This document shows positions 45,116 through 55,909 of a stretch of 64,000 nt of DNA, piece by piece. The notes beneath the pieces are model-generated. The model ran no database searches and was not told the DNA's origin. It was given only the letters and a program-made list of their open reading frames with translations. Within the stretch, counting starts at the first letter, position 1. Each line of letters starts with the position of its first letter. The DNA is taken from the IMG/VR virus record IMGVR_UViG_3300006802_000073, positions 85,081 to 149,080 of that record. One strand, given 5' to 3'. A program made the translations under genes and the position numbers. This DNA is from a virus.

Positions 45116-46663
45116 TTAACCTTTTCCTTGTTGTGTATTATTTATTGCACTTTGTCCTGGAACTATAGGTGCTTCTATAGGTGGCTCTTGTGATATCTCT
45201 TTAGCTACATTTTCAATTTCATCTTCTGTCATATATAGAATATTCTTCTTAACATAATCTTGACTAAAATATACACCTACATATGGTTGAACTTGATTAA
45301 GTAAATCTATACGATTGCGTAACATCTCTGCTGTTTTTGCTTCAACAAAATATTGATCTTCAGCAAATTTAAAGCGAATAGATTCTTTAATCTCATTCCA
45401 ATCTGGTTCTACTATAACACCTTTTAAAATAAGTTGTGTCTTTAAAAGATCTCTAAATAAATCTGAAAATTTATTACGCAATCTACCAATAAATTTGGCA
45501 AATTTTAATTCATCTCTTGTAACTTCTACTTGTCTACCAAAATTTAAACCTTGTTGTGGTTGTAAACGTGTAATAGGTACATTTAATGCTTGATACATCT
45601 TCATCTTAAAATATTCTATATCATCAATTTGTCCTAAATTTTCACCACCAGGTAAAGTGGTAATTTCAGTTCCTCGTCCACCTTCTCTACGAGGTAACCA
45701 AAAATCTTCAAGCATTGATGTAAATTTTCTATCATCACGTATTTCACCTGTAGATGAATCATAAACAATTTTATTACGATATCTAGCCATGATATCTTTT
45801 AAATATTGTTCCGCTTTTAGTTTTGGTAGATTTCCCACATCAATGTAAAAAATTCTACGTTCTGGTGCTCTAGCTAAACGATAAATTACTAAAGCATCCT
45901 CCATCATTTTTAATTGATTAACTGGTTTAATAGCTTTATGTAAATAACCTACTACAATATTTTTATCCAAATCTATTAAACCAGAATGACAATACGTAAT
46001 AGTATCGGGTGTTATACGAATACCTGTTCCACTTGCAACAGTTTGACTACTAGCAAAAGATACTGAATGATTAATACCTTTTTCATTGTAGATATAGAAC
46101 TCATCAATAGTCTTAATTACTTCTACTCCACTAGGTAACTTTTCCTTCTTTATATCGCGGACTTTTTTAATTTTCCTTGGATCGATATATCTAAGTTCAG
46201 TTATTCCTCGTTTAGTATTTTTTGTATCAATAATCTTTTGATAGTAAACTCTACCATCTACATACCATCGACGAAATATATCATGCGATTTAGAATTGAA
46301 ATCTAAAAGTTTTAATATCTCTTCAAATTCATTCTCAATTGTTTTCTTTATACTTGGAGATATTTCTAATTCTTCTAAATCAAGTTGTACCGGAGGCTCT
46401 TCGTCTATATTAGCAATAGCCTCCGTTACAATATCTTCAATTGCCATATCACATTCAGGATAAATAGCCATCTGTCTGTATCTTGTAATAAGTTCAGACT
46501 CTGTTTTAGAAGTAGCATCTAAATCAACATATGTACCATAATATCCACCCGCAGAAATTGTAGTTGCACCATCATCAGGGGTTGGTGTTACAAACCCCTG
46601 ATTTTTGGCTGGCTCTTCTTTCTTGGGTTTAGTTATTCTAAAACCAAATAATGATAAGTCCAT
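45116..46663 (-). CDS. 20: Portal protein gp20
   Basis: FRRWYVDGR, YRLARAPERRIFYIDVGNLPK, EDFWLPRREGGRGTEITTLPGG. Confidence 0.98.
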   Translation of the reverse strand: MDLSLFGFRITKPKKEEPAKNQGFVTPTPDDGATTISAGGYYGTYVDLDATSKTESELITRYRQMAIYPECDMAIEDIVTEAIANIDEEPPVQLDLEELEISPSIKKTIENEFEEILKLLDFNSKSHDIFRRWYVDGRVYYQKIIDTKNTKRGITELRYIDPRKIKKVRDIKKEKLPSGVEVIKTIDEFYIYNEKGINHSVSFASSQTVASGTGIRITPDTITYCHSGLIDLDKNIVVGYLHKAIKPVNQLKMMEDALVIYRLARAPERRIFYIDVGNLPKLKAEQYLKDIMARYRNKIVYDSSTGEIRDDRKFTSMLEDFWLPRREGGRGTEITTLPGGENLGQIDDIEYFKMKMYQALNVPITRLQPQQGLNFGRQVEVTRDELKFAKFIGRLRNKFSDLFRDLLKTQLILKGVIVEPDWNEIKESIRFKFAEDQYFVEAKTAEMLRNRIDLLNQVQPYVGVYFSQDYVKKNILYMTEDEIENVAKEISQEPPIEAPIVPGQSAINNTQQGKG

Positions 46664-46675
46664 AAATTTTAATAA

Positions 46676-47251
46676 TTACCGTCTAAATAGAGATGCTGAA
46701 GAAACATTATTTTCGCTAACTAATCCCGTCCCCTCATATGGATAAAAGTGCTGATACTGCCAAGTACAGGTAAATGTACTAATATCATTATTAGCACCGA
46801 AACTTAATCCAACTTCAGAGATATCTGTAGGATAAGCATCGATAAATTGATATGTTCTTAAATCGGTACCGTTTTTATCTAATTGTGTGACATATAATGT
46901 TGCCAAATAATTTCTTGGCTCAATTCTACCTACCTTTGTACCCATATCTTCAATTGTATTCATCCATCTTTCAAGAGCAGCTCTTACAATAAAAGTACTA
47001 TCATTGATAATTGTTGTTGTCCAAGGGACAAATGTTCTATCACCTGCTAGATGAACTTCACGACCTCTATAAAGAACAGTAGCAGGAGGAATAGTTTGTC
47101 CTGGTAATGATGCAGCCGTGACTAAAAATGGTGCAACTGCGCCTGCACCATTTTCAATACCCGAAGGAAATGTAAGTGTCACTTCAAACTGATTAGGTCT
47201 TGCTCCACCTTGAAGTGTACTTCTAAATTGATCTATATTAAATGCTGGCAT
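46676..47251 (-). CDS. 19: Tail tube protein gp19
   Basis: GGARPNQFEV, AASLPG, AGDRTF..WT.TI.ND. Confidence 0.95.
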   Translation of the reverse strand: MPAFNIDQFRSTLQGGARPNQFEVTLTFPSGIENGAGAVAPFLVTAASLPGQTIPPATVLYRGREVHLAGDRTFVPWTTTIINDSTFIVRAALERWMNTIEDMGTKVGRIEPRNYLATLYVTQLDKNGTDLRTYQFIDAYPTDISEVGLSFGANNDISTFTCTWQYQHFYPYEGTGLVSENNVSSASLFRR

Positions 47252-47263
47252 TTAATTCTCCTA

Positions 47264-48955
47264 TTAGGCGCCAATTTCTGTAAATGACACTGATGTTCTT
47301 GTAGCTACGAAATTAAGTGTTATAAAGTTAATTGAACGTGCAGGCTTAACATATATATCAGCCACAAATTCATTTCTATCTATAACTTCACCTGTATTAT
47401 TTGTTTCATCACAAACAACAAGAAAATCAGTAATTCCGCGACGACCTTTTACATCTCTTAAAAATGGCTCAACCAAGTTCTTAAACTGTGATCGTGTAAA
47501 AGGATCATTAAATTCAAATAAAGAATATTTTGATGCAATTGCTATTGCTTTTTCTAAAACAATAAACAATCTACGTACATTAATACGATCAAAAGCACTT
47601 GGTTTAGATAATAATGTCTTATCACCAAAAAGAACAGTCCCTTGTCCTGCTACAGAAATTACAGGATTGATACCGTTTTTATATAAAGTATCGCGCTGTG
47701 ATTGATTTGGATTAAATGCTAGTTTAACAACATTCTTAACTTGTCCACGATTCAATCCACCAGGAGAAAACCATGGATCCGATACTAAATCTGTTCTTGC
47801 ACAAAGACCAGCAATATCACCATTTAATGGAATCCATCTATATACATCATTGTAACGATCATATTGATACTTCCAACCAGAATCCATCACCGCATAAGAT
47901 GATGAAAGATTAGAAAGATCAGTTGTTCTGTCACTTACAACAGCAGTAACTTTCGCTGAATCCGCTGTCCCTGCTTTAACTGCATCATATGTTGGTGATA
48001 AAAATACTACACAATCTTTTCTTACTTCAGCAATATTCTCAACAACTGTTTTGACATTAGTTAATGATAAATTACCCATTGGTAATAAGGAGACATCATA
48101 AAGATCAGTATTTAAAAATAGATCATATTGAGTTAAGATCTGCCCATCTGTTGGGTCTGCATCAACTCCACCAGATAATGAAAGATTTCCGGCATAAGTT
48201 AAAGAATAAGTAAGATTACCTGATGCAGCATTACCGGCATTAGAATTAGGTACCGGATGACCTCTCCAATACAAATATTGTGAGTCATTTATAACATTTT
48301 GATAATAAATTGATTCACCTTGAGCACCAACAGCATCAGGAGCAAGAGAAAGATATTGATATCTTTCTAATACTGCACCCTGTGTACCTGTAATTAATCC
48401 ATCTTCATCAACTATAGCAACGTGTACTTCATCATTGGTTGAACCAAACTTTGCTGCATATGTTGATGTACCAGGTTGAGTGTCAAATATAGCTTGGTTT
48501 GTGTTACCTATATTTGACCAATTAGCGTTTGATGCAATAAGAACCTTTAGTGAATTACCTAAGGTACCAGGATATTTTGATGTTACAAAGTTACTAGTAC
48601 TAACTGATAATGCATCATATGCATCTCTATTTTCGATAAGTTCGGCGCTAGATGCTGCCCCAACATTTGCATTTGCAACAGAGTTTTTTGCATTGCTACC
48701 AACAGCTCTAATAGTTAAAAGTTGATTAGAATATGATAAAAAGTTAGCTGCTGTAAAGAAAGATAAATAAGTGTTTGCATTTGGTTTTCCAAACACAGAT
48801 GCTAGTTCATTTTCAGAACTAATATATGTGACTACATTTGCTGGACCCCATGCAAAATTACCTACAAATCCCCCTGCGCTAGTAGAAACTGATGGCACTA
48901 CTGTAGTGAGATCAGCTTCTTTAACTAAAACTCCAGGTGAAAGTTGAAAAGCCAT
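47264..48955 (-). CDS. 18: Tail sheath protein gp18
   Basis: LSPGV...E.D, WFSPGG.NRG, FDRINVRRLF, KPARSINFI.LNF. Confidence 0.97.
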   Translation of the reverse strand: MAFQLSPGVLVKEADLTTVVPSVSTSAGGFVGNFAWGPANVVTYISSENELASVFGKPNANTYLSFFTAANFLSYSNQLLTIRAVGSNAKNSVANANVGAASSAELIENRDAYDALSVSTSNFVTSKYPGTLGNSLKVLIASNANWSNIGNTNQAIFDTQPGTSTYAAKFGSTNDEVHVAIVDEDGLITGTQGAVLERYQYLSLAPDAVGAQGESIYYQNVINDSQYLYWRGHPVPNSNAGNAASGNLTYSLTYAGNLSLSGGVDADPTDGQILTQYDLFLNTDLYDVSLLPMGNLSLTNVKTVVENIAEVRKDCVVFLSPTYDAVKAGTADSAKVTAVVSDRTTDLSNLSSSYAVMDSGWKYQYDRYNDVYRWIPLNGDIAGLCARTDLVSDPWFSPGGLNRGQVKNVVKLAFNPNQSQRDTLYKNGINPVISVAGQGTVLFGDKTLLSKPSAFDRINVRRLFIVLEKAIAIASKYSLFEFNDPFTRSQFKNLVEPFLRDVKGRRGITDFLVVCDETNNTGEVIDRNEFVADIYVKPARSINFITLNFVATRTSVSFTEIGA

Positions 48956-49016
48956 ATAATTCTCCTTAATTAGAAATATAACAAAATCTTCAAATAGTTT
49001 ATAATAATCTATAATT

Positions 49017-49024
49017 TATTTATA
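49017..49024 (-). promoter_or_regulatory. Late promoter TATAAATA (gp18)
   Basis: Exact consensus upstream of gp18. Confidence 0.75.
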
Positions 49025-49036
49025 TTTTTCTCAATT

Positions 49037-50725
49037 TCAACTTCCTATAATTTCATCGTATGTTTTTCTGAAATAATCTTGTGGATTTTCTCCTCCAGAA
49101 ACCCATAAATCTCCTGCCATTATCATTGGTTTTTCTTCATCAGAAAGTTCATCTGTTTTAAATCCAAAAGGTGTAAGCTCATCTTCAATCTGTTTCATTT
49201 GTTGCTCAAAAATTGCATGCCGAAGATCAAAGTTTGTTAATTCTTTAAAAACCGGATCTCTAACTATCCATGCAAAAAGAACAAGGGTCATGACTAAATC
49301 ATCATGATATCCTTCATCGGCAGCATATGAACCCCTCTGCTCTATAAATGTTGAGAGTTCAGATATTATATCTTTATCGAAAACTTGTAATTTTTTAGAT
49401 TCTATTAAAGTTTTTAAGTTTGAACAACCAATTCGTTTAACTTGTTTTGTTGTTCTAACACCTAATAAAGTTTTACCTTTAAATCCAATAGATATAAATT
49501 GACCCTTCTTTGCATCTGATCCAATTCTAAAAATATTTTCATACTCTAATTCGGAATGTAAGATATCGGCAATTTGTTGCCCATTATCATTCACTTCAAC
49601 TAATATATATGCATCGTTATAATCTTTAGCAATTTTATAAATTATATTAGGATAAAGTAATGGGCTAATCTTATTATTTCTATATTTACCAACTACTTTA
49701 TAAGGAATTTGAGTAACATCTATAACAGTAAATGCGGAATAATCTCCACCCACTCCTCTAGATGTATCGACAATTATAGAATATTGTTTGTTTAATAATG
49801 GTTCCTCTAAAATGTCTAATCCATCATCTGTAGAATATACATTAGGTAGAGATGACATCTGAGCTAATACATCACCTGAAATAAGAGAATAAGAGCTTCC
49901 AATAAAAGAACATAAAACTTCTTGATTAAACTTAATCTCACCTAGAAGTTTCTTTTGCTCCGCAGCCCAATATTCATTTCTATTTGGATGTTCAAAATAT
50001 TTAACCTCAAAAGGAAAAAATCCATTTAATCCCTGCAGTGCATCATTCCAAAACTTCCAAAAATGATTATAACCCAATGGAGTAGATGTTAACACAATTT
50101 TAGTTGTTTCACCAGCAGAGACAACAGGATATACCGATGTAAAGAAATCCTCTGCTATATTATTTGGAATGATTGCAGTTTCATCTACATATAATAAATT
50201 AACTGATTTACCACGAATTCCTGATGCACTAGTTGCTGCTGTAAAAACAATAGAACCGTTTTCTAATTCCACATCACCTTTATTCCATGTCTTTATACCT
50301 TGTTGTAACCATAAAGGTAAATTTTCATACATTAGTTGATAACGATATAAAATTTCTCTCGCTGCAGGTGCTTTATTTGCAAGAATAGCAACCGTTTTAT
50401 TCTTTTCAAATAATGTATACCATAGTATAAAGGCTGCCACAGTTTGACTTTTACCCATCTGTCGTGGCTGCATACTTATAATCTTACGCTTATTCAATAA
50501 AACATTTATAAACTTTTTTTGATAACCATATAATAAAAATGGTATTAAACCTTTATCGAGAGAAACAATTAAACAATACTTCTCTATAAAATAAATAGGA
50601 TCATTTTTACATCGAATAATTTCTGCAATATGATCTTCTGTATAGGGGATAATATAACCAATTTGTTTTAAATTGGAATTACCTTTATAACGATTTCTTA
50701 CAGTATTAAGAATCTGTGGAATCAA
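49037..50725 (-). CDS. 17: Terminase large subunit gp17
   Basis: PRQMGKS, YVDETA, STPLG.NHF, DYSAF, HDDLVM. Confidence 0.97.
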   Translation of the reverse strand: MIPQILNTVRNRYKGNSNLKQIGYIIPYTEDHIAEIIRCKNDPIYFIEKYCLIVSLDKGLIPFLLYGYQKKFINVLLNKRKIISMQPRQMGKSQTVAAFILWYTLFEKNKTVAILANKAPAAREILYRYQLMYENLPLWLQQGIKTWNKGDVELENGSIVFTAATSASGIRGKSVNLLYVDETAIIPNNIAEDFFTSVYPVVSAGETTKIVLTSTPLGYNHFWKFWNDALQGLNGFFPFEVKYFEHPNRNEYWAAEQKKLLGEIKFNQEVLCSFIGSSYSLISGDVLAQMSSLPNVYSTDDGLDILEEPLLNKQYSIIVDTSRGVGGDYSAFTVIDVTQIPYKVVGKYRNNKISPLLYPNIIYKIAKDYNDAYILVEVNDNGQQIADILHSELEYENIFRIGSDAKKGQFISIGFKGKTLLGVRTTKQVKRIGCSNLKTLIESKKLQVFDKDIISELSTFIEQRGSYAADEGYHDDLVMTLVLFAWIVRDPVFKELTNFDLRHAIFEQQMKQIEDELTPFGFKTDELSDEEKPMIMAGDLWVSGGENPQDYFRKTYDEIIGS

Positions 50726-51134
50726 TTAACCGCTCTGTATTTTTTTGTTCAATCATTTGTAAAAGATCTTGTGTAGAGCCAGCAAAAACAATATTATTTT
50801 GTTGCCCTATAGATTGTTGCATTACATTTGCTGTAGGTTTATCAATCTCTTGTTTTTGTTTATGCAACTGTAACAAATCTTTAGAGACCTCGGACATAGT
50901 TTTCATAAGTTGTCCGGCAACTTCAAATCCACGAGGATGTTCTGAACTTCTCGCCAATGAAATTATATCATCTAAAGCAGAAGTACCTTTAGTTATTACT
51001 TCTCTAAGTGTATTTCTTGCAAGTTCATAGTCACTTTCACTATCTATAACATCGTCTTGTTGTATTATAACAGGTAAAGAATCTTGTTTTGGAATGTCAG
51101 AACTTATATTAAAGATAGTATTTAACTTCTCCAT
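50706..51134 (-). CDS. 16: Terminase small subunit gp16
   Basis: DYELAR..L, HPRGFEV...L, NN.VF.GST.DL. Confidence 0.92.
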   Translation of the reverse strand: MEKLNTIFNISSDIPKQDSLPVIIQQDDVIDSESDYELARNTLREVITKGTSALDDIISLARSSEHPRGFEVAGQLMKTMSEVSKDLLQLHKQKQEIDKPTANVMQQSIGQQNNIVFAGSTQDLLQMIEQKNTERLIDSTDS

Positions 51135-51136
51135 AA

Positions 51137-51901
51137 TTAATCACCAAAGCCCTCAAATGTTTCTACTAATGTAATATTCGTATCACCTGGTTGTGCTGTT
51201 GAGGGACTAACTTCAACAGAATATGTTCCATGAAGATTACTAAGTTCTTTGTTATTATAAACATCAGTAATTGCTTTACGTATAAATCCTTGTTTGGACG
51301 AAGGACCATAAAAGTTTGTCTTTAATGTAAATGATAAAGTCCAGATAATTTTTCTTTGTTCTATCAGACTACCTTCATAATTATCTTCAAATGTTACATT
51401 ATCTAAAATTATAGGTAGATCGTGTTTTAGATCTAGATCTGGTACTGCTTTAACTGTAAGATTAAACTCTGGATTAAAATATGGTAATATCTGTTCAATT
51501 ATTTGATGAGCATCCTCTATATTCTTTGTATAAACATAAAGATTAACTTTTATTTCGTAAGGTGTAGGTGAATATTGAGTAGTAAGTGTAGTTGATGTTG
51601 AATTCACTACTCGGTTTTGTTGCATTAAAGATATTCTTCTTGCAGAATCATAATTAATACCAATCATCTCAAATGACATTCTTGGTAAAGAAATCTCTAC
51701 TTTTCGTTCTTCAGCTGGACCTGAAATCTGATCTATTCTAGCTAAGAATTTTTGTTTAGGCGCATAAGATAGTGGTACACGAATAGATTTTTGTGGAACA
51801 TTGTTCTCATCTAATCTATCTATAGTTATATTGTTGAACATATTTCCAAATGCAACAATACACTTTCTAATTGTCCCCCAGTAAAATTTATTATTTAACA
51901 T
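51137..51901 (-). CDS. 15: Tail sheath stabiliser/terminator gp15
   Basis: AFG.MFN.I, VPL.YAPKQKFL, LPRMSFE, QIIEQILPYF.P. Confidence 0.95.
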   Translation of the reverse strand: MLNNKFYWGTIRKCIVAFGNMFNNITIDRLDENNVPQKSIRVPLSYAPKQKFLARIDQISGPAEERKVEISLPRMSFEMIGINYDSARRISLMQQNRVVNSTSTTLTTQYSPTPYEIKVNLYVYTKNIEDAHQIIEQILPYFNPEFNLTVKAVPDLDLKHDLPIILDNVTFEDNYEGSLIEQRKIIWTLSFTLKTNFYGPSSKQGFIRKAITDVYNNKELSNLHGTYSVEVSPSTAQPGDTNITLVETFEGFGD

Positions 51902-52647
51902 TATCGGTTAAATACCTCTCCAAAAGGATTTCTTTCAGTGAAGTCCAATATATCAATAGCTTCAGCATCATATCTTACGTTATCTGCAATAGGATCAATT
52001 TCCTCTTCATCATAACTCTCTAATATAAGACTTGATGCTCTTTCTGATTCCAATAAGAATGAATCCCCTGTTTCTAAAGTAAGTTCATAAGAAAGTATAT
52101 CTATATTCAATGCATCCGATACATCATCAATTTCTTCTATTCCAGTATCAATAGTTTCATGACTAAATTGATATAGTTCGCATTGAAGTTTATAAACATA
52201 TAACTTTCCTACCTGAAAGAAAGGATCTGTGGCTTCTACATATTTTATTTCAAAAAACGATTTAGTTAGAGGAAAGAATAATATATCACCTTCAGCAGGT
52301 CTTGTTGTTAATACTGTATTGCCGCTTCTACGAATAAGTTGATCCCATCGTCTACGTGCCATAACAAATGTTGCTGTGTCTTGTAATTCTATTCCAAACT
52401 TAGATAAAAGTTCAGTTCCACCAAATCCATTTACATTTTCTAGATAAACTTCTATTGGATATGCATTCTTAAATTCGTTTAAAGAATCTTCATTAAGAAT
52501 ATAATCTCTATTTACTGCAGATCTAGGTAAATAGTATACATCAAATCCATAGATCTTTAAACATTCGATAATCAAATCTTCTTGAAGATTCGATTCCGAA
52601 CGGCGACCCATTGGAATACCTGATTGAAAATAGAAATTTGTAGACAC
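51901..52647 (-). CDS. 14: Neck protein gp14
   Basis: E.LKIYG.DVYYLPR, SKFG, RPAEGD, FFQ.GK, ERNPFG. Confidence 0.95.
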   Translation of the reverse strand: MSTNFYFQSGIPMGRRSESNLQEDLIIECLKIYGFDVYYLPRSAVNRDYILNEDSLNEFKNAYPIEVYLENVNGFGGTELLSKFGIELQDTATFVMARRRWDQLIRRSGNTVLTTRPAEGDILFFPLTKSFFEIKYVEATDPFFQVGKLYVYKLQCELYQFSHETIDTGIEEIDDVSDALNIDILSYELTLETGDSFLLESERASSLILESYDEEEIDPIADNVRYDAEAIDILDFTERNPFGEVFNR

Positions 52648-52754
52648 TATTCTTTTAAACTTTTAAAAAGTTATCTTCTCTATTGATTAATCATTGACAA
52701 CCGTATATACTTCGCTATGTGGCGAATGATGATAACAACACTAATACTGTTTCT

Positions 52755-53708
52755 TTATCCCAAAAAGAAATCTACTGGTAACTCAAATCTTGATTGTATT
52801 TCTGCTTCAATTTTTTCAATTTCAGTTACAGCTTCATCGTAAATCACCTGTCCATTAAGAATTACACCACCAGGTAATTGTACTCCTTGAAACTTCTTAA
52901 GATTATCACCCCATTGTCTTTTTATTTGAGCAGTAGCATATCTTTTCAAAAACATATCATTATAAACATCTGTGAATGTATCCGGATCAAGAATTCTATA
53001 ACATTCAACAATCAATAAATCACCGATAGAAGCATCTCTGCCCCAATCCATATCAACAAAAAGTCTATTCATATGGCGATTAAATCTAATTGGTTTTTGA
53101 CCAACTAGAAGCATATTAATCATCTGTAAATGATTCTGTATCATAGTATAATGGATCATATCAACTGACATAAGATTATATAGATCTTGCACTAACATCT
53201 GATAACGAATATCAAAGAGATTTATACCAGAAGTTTTGTTATAGAATGGTAATACACGTTCTACACCAATAACAGCATCGGAGATATCAAAATATCTCTT
53301 ATCATAAGAACCTTTAGTTATAGATGAAAAAGTAGATGTTGTGCTAGAAACTGAACCAACAACAGTTTCTCCATTTATAAAATCAGTTTCAGATGTATTA
53401 TAAGATTTAATTGCTGTTGCTGTATTTGCAGCAAACCATTGAGTAGTAGCACCCGATGTTTGTCCGGTGATTATATCTCCGCTGACAAAAGAATTAGCAA
53501 CCGATGAACCTAAAACAAAATCTGATGCTGTAACTTCAGTCTTTAAATATACTTTTTCAGTGGCATCGAAATGATATTCACGATAAAATTGTAAAGCATC
53601 ATCAATACGGTCACTAACTTGGTCATCATCTACGTTAATTTCTATAACGGGATGACCAAGTCTTCTTAAACAGTAATCGATTAAATCTTGTCTAGATGCA
53701 ATAGCCAT
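52755..53708 (-). CDS. 13: Neck protein gp13
   Basis: YCLRRLG.PVIEINVDDDQ, KRQWG.NL.KF.GVQLPGGV.LNG. Confidence 0.95.
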   Translation of the reverse strand: MAIASRQDLIDYCLRRLGHPVIEINVDDDQVSDRIDDALQFYREYHFDATEKVYLKTEVTASDFVLGSSVANSFVSGDIITGQTSGATTQWFAANTATAIKSYNTSETDFINGETVVGSVSSTTSTFSSITKGSYDKRYFDISDAVIGVERVLPFYNKTSGINLFDIRYQMLVQDLYNLMSVDMIHYTMIQNHLQMINMLLVGQKPIRFNRHMNRLFVDMDWGRDASIGDLLIVECYRILDPDTFTDVYNDMFLKRYATAQIKRQWGDNLKKFQGVQLPGGVILNGQVIYDEAVTEIEKIEAEIQSRFELPVDFFLG

Positions 53709-53713
53709 AATAG

Positions 53714-53745
53714 ATTCTCCTTATATGAATATTTATAAGGAGAAT
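53714..53745 (-). promoter_or_regulatory. Late promoter inside an SD-sequestering hairpin upstream of gp13
   Basis: 12-bp inverted repeat 53714-53725/53734-53745 containing the AAGGAG SD; TATAAATA at 53730-53737. Confidence 0.75.
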
Positions 53746-53752
53746 TTTTTTA

Positions 53753-54040
53753 TTATAGTTTTGCTTTAATTGCTTCTAGTAGATCGGCATTTGTCCACGA
53801 ATCACGAATAGCATCATATTCTTCACCTTCCCATACAGTGATACCTCTTCCGCCACTTCCTCTAATACGAGAAATAGGACCATCATCTTCAACAAAAGGA
53901 CCAAATTCAATCTCAGCACGCACTCTGCGATCTTCAATACTTTCTTGAATCTCTCTAACTTTGAATTCACTAGAAGTTCTTCTTTCAACTAAAACAACTT
54001 CTGAAAGAGAAGAAATTGTATCTGTAATTAATGCTGGCAT
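53753..54040 (-). CDS. Hypothetical protein
   Basis: 95 aa ORF with AAGGAG SD. Confidence 0.65.
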   Translation of the reverse strand: MPALITDTISSLSEVVLVERRTSSEFKVREIQESIEDRRVRAEIEFGPFVEDDGPISRIRGSGGRGITVWEGEEYDAIRDSWTNADLLEAIKAKL

Positions 54041-54050
54041 TTTTTACTCC

Positions 54051-54995
54051 TTAAATTAAATTTGTTTCCGTGGTTTCATCATCTTTGTTATTTATATCAA
54101 AGTTTTCCTCTGTTTCTTCACTAGTTTCTTTAGAAACACGCCAAAATTCTTGATTTTGACATAGAGTTCTAATCTGTTCTGATAAAAGTTCTTCAATATT
54201 TATATTTCGTTTTGCAATAGTGGATCTTACTTCATGCATATCAGAGAATCCATATACCTCTGCATCTTTTTCTTTAATATCTGTAGAGATATCTGTAAAT
54301 TTGTGTCCCTCATAATAAGGCTGTTCAATAAATTCGTAAATTTTTTCAATTGTACCTTTAGGATCAGAAATTAAGTTTTCATATTCAACGATATGTAAAT
54401 GTTCATCTTCACCACGTTCATAAGCATTCTTCAATGATGTAAACACTTGACCAAATACACCATTGTTTGCTAACAACATACATCTATTATCATTAGTAAT
54501 AGGTAAATTGTTTTTCACTAAAATATCATCAAACATATTAAGTTTGCCTTCAGTACTGATTAATTGAGTTCTATTAATCATATCCATATAAGATGCTAAA
54601 ATTTCTTCAACATTTCTAACTGGGCAAATGATCTTTGGTTTTTGATCTATATATCCATTAATATATGGAATATGATTTAACCAAAAACTATTTTTATCAA
54701 AGATAACATTCTGCTCAACATCTCTATACCAATTATTGATAATTGAACCAATGATTAATGCTGCTTGCCCTGGTTTAGGATAAGCATTGAAAAAAGCATC
54801 TTGGCTTAAACTTTGCTCCATTTGAGTCATTAGATGCAATACAGGAGAATTTGGTCCAGCATAAAACTTTGGATTTTGATTTAGAATAGCAGAAATAAGA
54901 CTGCTTCCAGATCTTGGTAACCCAGCAATAAAATAGTATTGTTTATAACTACGATACATCTCTTCTTTTACAATTTGTTTAATCATCTCTTGCAT
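54051..54995 (-). CDS. Sulfotransferase family protein
   Basis: 5'-PSB loop AGLPRSGSSL...LNQNP, DK, VR...LAS, VEYENL..P. Confidence 0.85.
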   Translation of the reverse strand: MQEMIKQIVKEEMYRSYKQYYFIAGLPRSGSSLISAILNQNPKFYAGPNSPVLHLMTQMEQSLSQDAFFNAYPKPGQAALIIGSIINNWYRDVEQNVIFDKNSFWLNHIPYINGYIDQKPKIICPVRNVEEILASYMDMINRTQLISTEGKLNMFDDILVKNNLPITNDNRCMLLANNGVFGQVFTSLKNAYERGEDEHLHIVEYENLISDPKGTIEKIYEFIEQPYYEGHKFTDISTDIKEKDAEVYGFSDMHEVRSTIAKRNINIEELLSEQIRTLCQNQEFWRVSKETSEETEENFDINNKDDETTETNLI

Positions 54996-55004
54996 GTTTA
55001 TACC

Positions 55005-55904
55005 TCATTGGTTATCTATTGATTGTATTATATCGTTAAAATTAAATAATTCTTCTTGTTCACCAAAAGGATATTCTACTTCATTTCCATTAAAATCAAA
55101 ATCGAAGAGATAACTTTTTGGTAACTTAAACTCATATGGTATCTGTGTCTCAATATTATCATGTAATTTATATCCAAATACTTTTGGACTTGTTCCGTTC
55201 CACAATACAGTGGACTTACAATCTAATGCTGCAGCAGCATGTTGCATACATGAATCTATTAATACACGTTTTTTGGTATTTATCAATAAGCTAAATAGCT
55301 CCATTATAGTTAAAGATTTTTCTGGAGTAGCAAATATATGTGTAGCACCATTTAACTTAGGAGAATTGAGTTTTGTTATTTGATAAATGTAATATTGATC
55401 TTTATAATGATCAACTATTCTTTGTGCTAAATTTTCTGGCATATCACGAGTCCATGCATAGGGTTTAGCATCTAAAGAAATCAATCCTCCATTTGTATGA
55501 ATAACCATGATAGGTTTATTACTAACCTTCCAAAATTTTCTTGATAAATCTTTTTGGATATTATTAAACCTCACAATGGGTTTTTCGTTATTATAAGTAA
55601 GACCATACATCTTACACCAATTTTGAATTAAAGGCATTTTTTGATGGATATGATCTGTAGTAAAATATGGTTCATGATGAAAGATTAAAGAATCTTTACC
55701 TTTGATATAATTTTGATAGAAGTATTGTGTATTTCCCAACTGATATACTCTATCAACAAACTTTAAATTTATAAAGATATCTGTATAGGCACATACAACA
55801 ATAAGTTTTCTATCTGGATAATTATTTTTGATTGTTTGTGCAACTGCAGTTGCAGCAACATGTTTACCAATTCCACCTTGTACATGAAAAATACTGTATT
55901 TCAT
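55005..55904 (-). CDS. GT9 (heptosyltransferase-like) glycosyltransferase
   Basis: GGIGKHV, IDSCMQHAAAAL...VLW..T. Confidence 0.7.
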   Translation of the reverse strand: MKYSIFHVQGGIGKHVAATAVAQTIKNNYPDRKLIVVCAYTDIFINLKFVDRVYQLGNTQYFYQNYIKGKDSLIFHHEPYFTTDHIHQKMPLIQNWCKMYGLTYNNEKPIVRFNNIQKDLSRKFWKVSNKPIMVIHTNGGLISLDAKPYAWTRDMPENLAQRIVDHYKDQYYIYQITKLNSPKLNGATHIFATPEKSLTIMELFSLLINTKKRVLIDSCMQHAAAALDCKSTVLWNGTSPKVFGYKLHDNIETQIPYEFKLPKSYLFDFDFNGNEVEYPFGEQEELFNFNDIIQSIDNQ

Positions 55905-55909
55905 TATAA

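Noticed and set aside
4352-51030. Short plus-strand ORFs antisense to core genes (e.g. 37760-38161, 42227-42547, 50716-51030)
   Set aside because: Fully overlap well-supported minus-strand genes and show no recognisable motifs
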